Of a stretch of 64,000 nt of DNA, positions 23,237 through 35,200 are shown in pieces (the first letter of the stretch is position 1; the number at the start of each line of letters is the position of its first letter). The stretch is from assembly GCA_040830765.1 (NCBI GenBank), contig JBFOMH010000019.1, positions 128,001 to 192,000 on the forward strand, written 5' to 3'. The stretch comes from Puniceicoccaceae bacterium (GTDB lineage: Bacteria > Verrucomicrobiota > Verrucomicrobiia > Opitutales > Oceanipulchritudinaceae). The notes beneath the pieces are model-generated. The model had not been told where the DNA came from. It saw nothing but the letters and a program-made list of their open reading frames with translations, and made no database searches. Position numbers and translations under genes: made by a program.

Positions 23237-26200
23237 TCAGTCGAGGGAATCGAATCCGAGGATATCCCCGTCACCCTCAATTGAATTAGAATCCTCCTCA
23301 ATTACGGGGAAGAGGTTGCTGAAGCTGCCGAGACGGGAATCCAGTGCGAAAAGTGAGCCGGTGAACGAGGTTACGGAGACGGGCTCCAGGGATGCGGACT
23401 GGCGGGCAGCAGCCTCTTCTGCAGAAATAGTCCTTGCGGCAATCATGAAGGAGGGTTGGGGCTCGGCGATCTGTGGCGTGGCTTCCGACTCAGAACTGAT
23501 GATCTCGGAATCCGGGGCATAATGGGTATAAACGAGGGAAACCGGCGTCGGCCCGTCACCGGTTGGCACCGGCTCAGAGCTGGATTCGTAGGCTGGATCA
23601 TCGGTTTGGAACATCACCGTATCATAGGCAGTATCCCCACTGGCCCCGATAAGGCCGTAACCACCATCAGTAACGACCGCATTAAAGGCATGGCCGAGAA
23701 CCAGCTGGTCCTTCCACATGACACTGACCGTGGAGCCCTTGAAGGTAACCTCAATATCCTGCGCACCGCCCTGCATAATCAAGTCATTCTGGAAGGCCGT
23801 ATCAATGACAATGCCCTTGCCGGTGCGGTGTCCAATGACGACCTCACCGGTCTCGGTGTTGACGGTGGCAAACTTGTATTGCTTGGGCCCGTAGTAATCG
23901 AAGACGAAACCGCCCTCACCGCCTGTTGTCAGAGTTCCGGCAAGCCGGATTAATGAGGTGTAATCGACGTCCACGCTCATGAGGTTGATAGCCGCATCGG
24001 CAATCGCGGTTCCTGAGTAGCTGCCGTTAGCCAGCACCCAGGCACCTGTTTCAGGAGCATCGAGCAGGTCGGTGAGGGAGGCATCAAAATTATCTGTCTT
24101 GGTCAGGGTCAATTCCGGGGCAAGACGCTGGACAATGACATTGTCGATGGCCGCCTTGGAATTATCCCCACCCAAGCCAACCATGCCTTCATTAAGGGCG
24201 TGGCTGATTCCGTATTGATCGATGACGACCGGGAAGGTGTGGGTCAGGGAAGTCCGGTTGTTGACAAGAAGCGTGGCAACCGTGCCATTAACCGAGAGGA
24301 GAACATTGTAATTGGTATTGGACTTCAGGGAACCGGTGTAAACACCTTGGACATCAACGATCCAACCTTCGGCCGTCCGGTGGCCGATTTCCAGCTTGTT
24401 GGTTGAGACATTGATACCGGCAAACTTGAAATCGAGCTCGCTCTTGTAGTCAAAGACCACGTAGGCATTACTCTTGTAACCGGAGGTTGGCTTTACCGGG
24501 CGAAGGACAGCCCGCATCTCGAAGTAAGTCGGGACATAATCGTTGACAAGGAAGACACTCAGGGCATCCCCACCGCGGAACTCAGGCTCAACATAGTAAC
24601 TGCCGCTCTGGACACTCCAGACTCCACTATCGATGAAGAATCCCTGTGCGCTGTTGCCATCGTTGAAGCCGACTGAGCGGAGGACATCCCGCTTGCCGCC
24701 CGGGATATTGCCGGCCTGCGGATCATCCGGGGCACCGGTCTGTGCCTTCCACCATGGATCCTGTTGCAGGACAAGGCCCAGCTCGCCGTAGGGCTCACCA
24801 TTGCGCTCAACCTCGGCGGCGATACCGACATCGCCCGGGCGTGTCGGATCTGCGCCATCGCTTTCGGAGAGGTCATAGAGGTAATCTTGCAGTTGCGGCT
24901 GCAAAGTGCGGCTGATAGTGGCAGCGCCAAACGGTGCGAACGGCACGAGATAGCTGTTGAATTCGCCGACCCAGTCGATGAGGCGGTCGCCACCGGTGTT
25001 GCCGATGAGGACATCCCGGCCGGCTCCGCCGTAGGCGATATCCTGGTAACTATAAGCGGTATCCGGTGTATTGTTGCCAATCGGATCGATGACCTTCTTC
25101 ACCGGCTGGGCAACACTGTCATGGTCGTCGTCAGCATTGAGCAAGTCATTACCAAATCCACCATAGACGCGGTCCTGACCGGTACCACCGACAATCCAGT
25201 CGTTGCCGAGGTCGCCGAAAATACGGTCGTTGCCATCCGTGTAGACAGCGGTAGTCGTTTCATCGATAAATCCATACTGCGGACCTTCGGAGGCATAGAA
25301 GTTGCCGAAGAACTGGCCGCCGTTATCGAGGAAGATCTTCCGCAGCGGGTTGTATTCATCATAGGCGGCGAACTCTTCGGCCTTGCGGGCCTCGAAGCCA
25401 AGGACGTTACCGGGGTTGTAGGGCAGCGTGTAATCGGAACGCATCGGGGTGCCGGTGCGATCGCCATCGGGGTCAGTGTACGAGGTAAATTCCTCGAACC
25501 AGCCCATGGTGGTTGGGTCGGATTCCAGGCCAGGCATCGCTTCGGTACCGGAAATAAAGTCGTCACCGGCTCCACCGTGGAGGGAGTCGTCACCCAGGCC
25601 GCCGAAGATGATGTCATCCGCGTATTCCGGATCAAAGTTCGGTGTCTGGTCGTTTTCAATGCCACCACCAATGCTGTCGAGGTAGAACGGTGTCAGGTTG
25701 ACGGTCTTCTTGAGCTCGTAGCGCTTGTTGATAACGGCTTGCTGCAGGTTACCCGGAGTGGAAATCGGATCGTCAAACTGGTTGTTTTCGAATCCGGCGA
25801 TTCCAAAGAGTGGCTCACCGGCGAGAGTATTGCGACTGGTGTAGATACGACCGTCGTCACCGAGGGCACCGTCATTGCCGGTTCCGCCGGAAATCCAGTC
25901 ATGGCCCCAGCCACCGATGAGGTTGTCATCGCCGGCCTCACCATAAAGGACATCGTTGCCGACCATGCCGTAGATTTCATCATCACCGGACTCACCGTGG
26001 ATTTCGTCCCGGGCACCGTTGTCACCGCCATCAGTGTTCTCTTCCGGATTATCCGGAACGAGGTCACGACCGCCAGGCGTGTAGTCAACCAGTTCAACCG
26101 CCCGCGGAATGAGCTTCAGGTTGTTATCGTAGCTAGTAAGGACGTCATCGATTTCGTCATCGCCGGCCCAGTTGGTGTTAAAGGTCTCGTTGTCGTAGTT

Positions 26201-29200
26201 GAAGCTGAGGTAGCCGAGGAAGGTCGCAATGTCGCCATCAGCTATGGAGCCATGGCCATCGACATTGGCAATCTCAACGCCGGAATCGGTCGTTACTCCG
26301 ACCAGGCGATAGATATTGGCATTGTCACCGGTAATGGTGTCAGCATCGCGGGCGTGGAGGAGATCGCCGTAGGTATTGCGGGCGAGGTCATTGGCATCGG
26401 CGTTATCCGGGCCGCCGGCGCCACCGAAGATAATATCGGTGCCATCCGGACGCAGGGCTTCGTCGCCTGCAAGGCCGAACATGGTTGAGCTGCCACCAAC
26501 GATGTCGTCCTGGCCGAGGTTGCCGAAGATGACATCCTGGCCGCCATTACCCTCGATGTAGTCGTCACCATCGGTGGTCAGTTCGATGGACGGAGAGACG
26601 AGAAGCGGCATCAGGGGATCCCAGGAGAATGGTGTGGAGGAATCCCAAGTACCGATAACAGAGCGTCCTGCGCCCACGTCTGCGAAGAGGTCGGCCGCCG
26701 CCTTTTCAACGATCCAGCCATCACCATCAAACTCGTGATCGGCCATCCAGCCGTCGCCCTGGAGACGATCATTGCCGAGCTGGCCGAAGATCATGTCGTT
26801 GTCCGGACCGCCGGCGATGTAGTCATTGCCATGGCTGTTCGGATGGGTCGTATTGGCGTGGTCGTAGAGGACGATGTCGCGGGCATCCTTGCCAGTGCCG
26901 CTCGGGTTGGACTGGTGGACACCGGTGACAAGGGCCGCACCGTCGGTGTAGCCGTTATTGGAGTCACCGTAGATAAATGTACTGTCGAGGACGCGCATCC
27001 GCGGGTCGGTGGCATCGCCACGGCGCAAGATGCTGGCATTGTCACCGGCAATGACATCGACATCGCGCTCACCAATAGATTGACCCGGCAGGTTGGGCTG
27101 ACCCGGCAGGGCGGAGATGCCACTGGCACCACCGGCACGGTCGGAACCACCATCGATGCGGTCGTTGCCGTCCTGGCCGAAGGCAACATTGTGACCGCCA
27201 ATGAGATCGTCACTGTCATTGCCACCGTAGATGACATCGTGGCCTTGGCCACCGATGATGATATCTTCGCCATCTTCACCGAAGATGATGTCATCACCGT
27301 TTTCAACATAGGTGGAGTAATCCGGATTGGTGTCGATTTCCGTGTGGGCGTCGATGTCAACAATCTGGGTATCGATGGAGAAGAAGGTGAACGGATCCTG
27401 CAGACCGGTAAGGCCGAAGAAGTCGAGACCAAGGTAGCTGTCACCACCAATGAGCGGCAGGGCCTGTGCGACAACGCCGCCTGCAATGGCACCGTGGTCG
27501 ACTGCGTCGAGGCGACCATGGTCACCGAAGACAAGGTCATTGCCGGCGCCGGAGCGGATTTCGTCATCACCGGTACCGCCGAAGATAAAGTCATAGCCTG
27601 CACCGCTCTGGATTTCGTCGTTACCGCCGTTGTTCGGGTCAGTGGTGCGGATGCGGTCAATGTCGGAGGCGTTGGTATCGTCGCCGTGGCCGAATCCGGT
27701 ATCGGAAAGGTAGCTGCGTTCCGCGGCGGTGTAGTCGATGAATCCATTGTCACCAAGGATGATATTATCGAGGTCGCGCGGATTGCCGCTGGTCGGATTA
27801 TACGGATCGTAAGCCGACTCGGTATCGCGGTCGTAGTTTTCGCCGAAGTTGGCGATGATGTCGTCCTGCCCAAGGCCACCGAAGATGATGTCGTAGCCAA
27901 GACCGGTGGTGATGATGTCGTAGCCACCGAGGGTTGGGCTGATGGTTGTCAGGAGACCCAAGGTGATCGGCTGGGTACCGAACTGCGGCGCATCTTCACC
28001 GGCGGCAACGATTTCCGCATTGTCACCGAAGACAATGTTGTCGCCCTGGCCGGCATTGATGGTGTCACCTTCCGGATTGTCCTCGCCGGAGACGGACTGG
28101 GCAACCTTGACGATGCCTTCAATGATGACGTCAGTGACGATTTCGCCGTCTTCACCGCCAATGATAATGTCATCGCCGTCACCCGTGGTAATGGTATCGG
28201 AACCACCATGGCTCGGGGCGAGGGTGAAGATACGGTCGATGTCGAACGGATTTGCATCGTCACCCGGCAGCAATCCAGTGGACGGCGTATTGGTGTCGGC
28301 ATAGAGGCGGCCCTCGTCATCGGCGGTCCAGTCGATGTAACCGGAGTCCCCGAGGACGATGTTATTGGCGTCCGCGCCGTTGCTATCGGTGTACTCGCCA
28401 TCATTGGCAGTGATGATGTCGGCATCGATACCACCGATGATGATGTCACGGCCAACACCAGAGGTGATTTCGTCGGAGCCACCGATAAGGGACTCAATGC
28501 TTTCGACCAGACCAAGGGTCAACTCGATGGAACCGAAGCGGTTCAGGTCGGATGCGGCAGCGGTGATCTGGCCATTGTCACCGAAGATGATATTATCACC
28601 ATGGCCGGCATTGATGATGTCGCCAGCGTCGTCTCCGTCACCAGCAGCGACAACGTCGCGGTCAAAGTCAGAGGAGATGACCACTCCGTCACCATCCGGG
28701 ATGGTCGCATCGATGACGTTTTCGCCATCCTCACCACCGATGATGATATCGGTACCGTCACCCGTGGTGATAGTGTCACTGCCACCATGGTCCGGATTGG
28801 TGCTGAAGATGCGGTCGATGTCGCTGGCATCCGTATCGTCACCGGGAAGCGTGCCTGCCGGATAGGTTTCACCACCAACGCTGTAGGAACGGACGATGTC
28901 GGCATCCTCAATGCCGATGCCGTCTGCAGCGGTCCAGTCAATATAACCGGAGTCGCCAAGAACCACGTTGTTACCATGGCCGGCATCGATGACATCGCCA
29001 TCGATACCACCAAAGATAAAGTCATCACCGTCACCTGTCGTGATAGAATCGGCGCCACCAATGAGGGAATCGAGCGTCTCAGCAAGTCCGACTGTCATGA
29101 CAACTTCCAGACCGATTGTACTGGTGCTGGAGAAGAAGCGGTCGGCATCGGAATCTGCAGCCACCACACGGCCATTGTCACCGAATACGATGTTACGGCC

Positions 29201-32200
29201 GTTACCGGTAACAACGATGTCACCGTCCTCCTCGTCCTGCTGGACGGAACGGGAAATGCGGACCGGGCTGATCCAACCGGCATTAATCATGAACTCGCCG
29301 TCTTCACCGGCAAAGATGATATTGTCGCCGTTACCCACCAGGATCCAATCGTTGCCCCCGACATCAAGGTCAGTCGATTCAGCAACATCTATATCCGTAT
29401 TGTCACCGTCATGGATGATGTAGTCGATACGGCCCATATCGCCAAAGACGATATTGTTGCCTTCTCCACCGTCGATGAAGTCGCCGACGAAGGACTGCCC
29501 ATCGATATCCAGTTCGGTGCCGTCGTTGACGCCACCAAAGATGAGGTCATCGCCAAGTCCACCAAAGATGATGTCGTTGCCACCAATCAGCGGATATTGG
29601 GTAAAGATTTCATCCGGGTTCCTGACAGTGCTGTCGAGCTTGTCTCCGGGGCCTCCATTACCGAGGACAACAACCGCCACGACGACCTGGACGCCTGCAT
29701 CCTCGTCGTTGTAGTAGACGACCTGCCCGCGGTCACCGAAGATGATGTCGTCCGCATCGCCGCCAACAATCTCATCGGAACCCTGGCCACCGAAGATGAT
29801 CAACGGGAGCGTCGAGGAATAAGTACCCCACTCGGCATCGCCGGTACCGGAGGCAAAGACATGGTCGTTATCACTGATATCGAGGTAATCGTTCCACGGG
29901 CCCTGGGTGTTGAGGACAAAGAAGCCGTCAGAGACATCGGCTCCACTGTTGTTGTTTTCGGTAGCGTCGAGGTCGATATAAATCCAGTCGTCGCCAAGGC
30001 CAGTGTTGAGGCTGGTGATGGTCCGGATTCCGGCGCGATAATGAGTGCCGTCGATACGAATGGTATCGGCTCCGAAACCGGTCCAGATAGTGATACCCTC
30101 GGCAAAGTCATTGCCCGTTCCCGTGTCAGCCCAGAAGGTGATATTACCCTCGTAAAGGTCGGCCCAGCCAAAGGCATCATCGCCGCCACCGAGGCCGCGG
30201 ATGACGATTTCCGCATCCGTGGGCTCGTCGCCAGACGGCTTGTCCGTGATGACGATATTATCGTTATCCAGCGTACTGGCTTCGCCACTGACCATGAGGA
30301 GATGGCTGCCCGTACCGGCATCGATATTGAGGTCACCATTGATGAAGTGGAGGTGGCCGGTCAGGAAGTCGATATTGCTGTCTTGGGTTTCGTCAGCGGT
30401 TGAGGAAATGTAGATTCGCTCGTCACCGTCTCCGAGGAAGAGGTTTGTTTCGGCAGTTGTGCCACGGATATTGAGGACATCATCACCGGAACCGAAGCCG
30501 ATGTTGAGCTCATCGATGAAGTAGTAGTTAATGCCATCAATCCGGGTCAGGTAGGTTGCAGCATGGGCCTCGACATCATCGTCCGTGCGCTCGTTGGTCG
30601 AATCCGGTGTGTCGCTGATGTCGTCGAGGACATAGAAGCGGGTCGTGAAGACATTTCCGGCGATGTTCTCGATGGTCAGGACGCCGTTCAGGCTGCTGGC
30701 GCGGAATTCCGGCAGGCCCCATTCGTTGATCAGGTCGGCCAGCTTGCGGGCGACCGATGCATGGGTGTCACCGGCTTCGGCGATCACCTTGAAGGTCAGG
30801 ACGCCCGCTGCGCCAGTCGTTGTGGAAACGGCATCCAGACTGGTGGCGGTATCCAATGTAACAGTGATGTCCAGGCTGTAGACGCTCTCAAGGGTCACCT
30901 GCCAGACTTCACCAGCTTCCGGCTGACCGGCCGCCTCGATGGTGGTGGTGGCGGAGAAGAGCGTGCCGTCGGTGCGGCTGATGAGGACCACGTATCCTTC
31001 AACGGCGACGGAGTAGTCATTACCGGTGCCGTTCAGGCCGTTCAGGTCTTCGGCCAGCTCGGCGGCGATGATTTCCAATGTATCATCAGCGAGGACGGTG
31101 TAGCTGAAGGTGTGGGAGGTGATGCCATCGGTGACGGTAATGCTCCAGACTTCGTCGATTGCCGGTGTGCCCAGCAGGGTGACACTGGATTCCGTCGGCG
31201 TGGTGCGGTCAATTTCCACCTTGCTGAGGTCCGCCTCGGTGCTGCCGTAGTAAACCTCGGTTGAGAAGAGGTCGCCGTTGCGGTGGAAGATGACGAGCTT
31301 TCCGCCATCACCGACAGCCGTGAAGATGTCAGGACCGTTTTCATTGATCTCTTCGGCGAAGGCGGCGGCCAGTCCGGCGTAGGAGGCCGTGTCATCAACT
31401 GCCACTGTAAAGGTATGGGTAATGCCACGGATGGTGATTGTCAGGGTCCACATCGAGTTGAGATCGAACGGCTTACCACCGGCAATAAAGTCAACCAAAG
31501 TGGCACGCGGGATGCGGATATCCGTGATGCCTTCACCTTCTGTTCCACCCAGGGTGACTTCTGTTACCAGAGCCTCGTATTCATCGGCGCCGGCGGAATT
31601 CTCCTCGGTAGTGAGACCGCTGGCGTCGAGGTCATGGATGGTCAGGTCCCGGTGCTCGCCCTGGAAGGTGATGATGAAGGTGCGCTCACCGACCTTGCGG
31701 ATGGCGAAGTTGTCCGTGTAGGGCTTCCAAGTTGTACGGGTGGCAAAGTCAAACTCCGGATCAATGTCGATTGTCGAACCATTCGGGTTGAGGATCGGGC
31801 TGATGGCCTTGTAGAGGTCGAGGGCGGAGGCGTTGTAGTCGATCAGGCCGGTGGTGAAGAGCTCAAATTCGCCGAGCTCGTTTTCGATCCGGAAGGTCAG
31901 GGTGAAGGAACCACCGGTTACATTCGGATTAATGGTAATGACCTGGATATTGTTGATACCTTCATTGACGGTCGATCCGTCGCGGATAGTGCTGATCTCG
32001 ACCGCCACGGAGGCGTTTTCATCCGGCACCAGCCCGGTCGTCTCGGTGTTTTCGGCCCACTGGATTTGCTGCTGGTCAATGCCAGCCATGTCGCCGACGA
32101 ATGTGATGGTGTAGGTGACACTGCCGTTAGCGAAGGAGGCAGTGACATCGATATCCTCGGTGGCATAGAGGGCGCGCAGGCGTTCAGCCATTGCTTCAGC

Positions 32201-35200
32201 AGTGATACCGTAATCGATACGGACTTCCGCCCAGCCTTCGCCACGGACGACATCCCCTGCCTCGAGGCGGGTTTCGAAAATGCCACCCTCGCGATCGATG
32301 ACAATCAAGCGCTCGCCAACAGCAATGGCAGTGTAACGGGCATTGGCATCATCGAGTGGATCTCCACTCAGGGTCACGGAGAGTCCTTCACCTTCGTTTA
32401 TCTGTCTGGCGAACTCGATAACCAAGTCCACGAGTGATTCCGCCGTAGTGGCATTCGTGGTGATTTCGTAATACAGCTCACCGATGCGCAGGCGCCACAG
32501 TTCATCCGTCTGCGGGGTACCGACAAAGTCAACCAGTGTGGTTGTGGCGGTCCCACCATCAATGTCGGCGCTGGCCACCGGAGCCAATGAGGTGTAGGCG
32601 GTGAGGAAGCGGCCCGTCGTATCGGCGATAACCAGATTGTCACCGGAGATGGAGGCAATTACACCAACCAGGGCCAGATCGCCCTCGGCGACTGAGAGAT
32701 TGATGAGGTCGGCAAATCCCTGGGCAATGTCAGAAGCACTGTCCGCGGCAGTGACCTCGAGGAAGAACTCAAAGTTGTTGCTGCCAACTGAGAGGTGCAG
32801 GATCCATGTAGAGCCGGTGACCGGAGTGCCGGTAATGGTCACCTCGATGGGCTCAAGACCGGTATTGATGATGCCAGCACCTGCCGGACGGAAGGCTGGC
32901 AGGACTTCACCGTCGGATGTGAAGTCGGCACCTGTCCGGTTGACGATGTAAAGGTTAATGCCATTGGCGAGGGCCGTGAAGGTACCCGTGAGGTCGGAGT
33001 TGATGACCTCAGCAAGGGCGTCGATCAAGTCATCAAAGGCGTCGAAGTCCACAATGGTCTCATCGATTTCGAAGCCGTACTCTACCCCGTCAAGGGTCAC
33101 AATGAAGGTTTCGCCATTCGTGAAGTCTCCAGCGGCGGTGAACTTGCTCGTCGGTGCATCGCCAGTGATGGCTCCAGAGCCGGCGATGGTTCCGTCAGGC
33201 AGTCCGACTTCAAAGGCGACCTCAAGGCTGCGTCCGGCCGGGTCGACGATGTAGAGGGTTTCCCCGTCAGCAATGGCGGTGAATCCGGCCTGCGTATCGA
33301 GGCTGATCAGGGCAGCCAGGGCGCCGGTGATAGTTGCCAGGGAATCCTGGTTGCCGGCAATCTTGTAGCCGTAGGCAAAAGCGCTTTCCCCGGAGATTAT
33401 ACGGATGTACCAGGTCTGGTCGACAAAGCGGGTGCCGTCGAGGTTGACCACGGCAGCGGACGGAGTCGTGGCGTCGATTTCGACGGTGGCCGTCGGGTAG
33501 ACTTCGAAGGCAGCCGTAATGCTGGTCGTACCATCGCGAACGATGACCAGGGAATCACCATCCATGAAGGCAGTGTATTCACCTGTGACACCGGCATTGA
33601 TCTTGGCAGCGAGGGAAGCTCCTATTTCGGCAGCAGTCTCAAGAATGCCATCGACAAGTGCCACTGTGTGGCGGAAGACCGCACCATCAAGAACAACCTC
33701 CCATGCCTCGCCTTCAACCGGTGTGGTCGTCGAGGTGATGATCACTTCTGAGGTTGTATCGTCGTAAACGAGGGAATTGCGCGGGGTAATGCTGCTGGTG
33801 TCCATTCCATCATCCGGCATAAATGTGCCGGTGAGCGGGACGATGAGGACCGAGCTACCTGCGGCAATAGCTGTAAAGGCAACCTCAACACTGGTAGTCA
33901 CGGAAACATCAATTGCGGCGGCACCAGCCGGGCGGCGGGTTGTAGTGGTGGAGTCGAGGATCGGATCATCCGAGGTCACGAGGAGATCGGCACCATCTGC
34001 TTCCACCTTGAATGGCGTTCCAATGACGGCGTTGAGGGCGGCGGCAAGACCGTCAGCAACATCAATCATGCTGGCCGTGGTAGCGAGGAAGGAGGCAGTG
34101 GCCTCGAAGCCGGCCGAACTCAGCGTCACGGTCCAGGTTTCATCGATGGCTGGAGTGTCGCCGAAGACAATCCGGATAGTTGTGCGGGACTGGATTTGCG
34201 TCGCCAGTTTGTCAGCAATGACCGCTGTATCCTCAAGGACATAGCTGTAGGACTCGCCACCAACCGTGATGGTCCAGGTCTCGCCAATGGTCGCTGTGCC
34301 GTCGAGAGTCACCTCGGTCACTGCATCAGAGAGCACCGTGATGGCATAGCTACCGGCGGAACCGGCGGATGGCGTAATGGAGAAGGTGGTCACGAACCCG
34401 TCTGCGGCCAGTTCTTCAATCTCGAGGATGACCTCACCACCAACAAGCTTGGCCGAGGCAATAAAGTTACTGCTGCCGACATTGATCCGGTCCGCCAGGC
34501 CTTCAGCGATTTCGAGGAGCGGAACGTTTTCTCGAACCACGTAATCGTAGGGATCCTCGTTGGAATCGAGGTGGATGGTCCAGGTCTCGCCAGCGGCGGC
34601 AGTTCCACCGAAGGAGATTTGCGTCGACACGATAACGGCCGACACGGTGCCTTCGTTGACAGTGGTCGGGATAGAGTAGACGGCCGAGGAGGCAGAGGTG
34701 CCAATAATGACCAATGTGTCACCACGGGCAGCGGCTTGGTATTCACCACGGGCGTTAATCAGGTCCGCAATACCAGTCGCCACGTCGGCGAGGCTGTCCT
34801 CAGCCATGACGGTGTAGTCGTAGTTGTACGTACCCAAGGCTGTGTCATCCATAGCGACGCGCCAGACCTCGTTCTCGACCGGCGTACCGGTGAGGATCGC
34901 CACGGAACGATCCGCTGCCGTTGTGGAATCCACACCAAGCGGCGCATCCGGAGCGGCCCGGGAAAGACTGAAGGTGACGAGGAAGGCCTCCGCATGGGAA
35001 ATGGTCAGGCTTTCGCCAGTTGCCACAACGGTGAAGCCGTCATCATTATGGACAGCCGTCTCGATTTCGGTAGCAAGGGTGGCCAGGGAAGTGCTGCCGA
35101 TGGTGAAGTCGTAGCTGTTTACAGTCGCCCCGCGGGTCAGGACGAGCGTCCAGATATCGTCAATCACTGCCGGGCCGATGATATCGAGTGCGGCCTGGTT

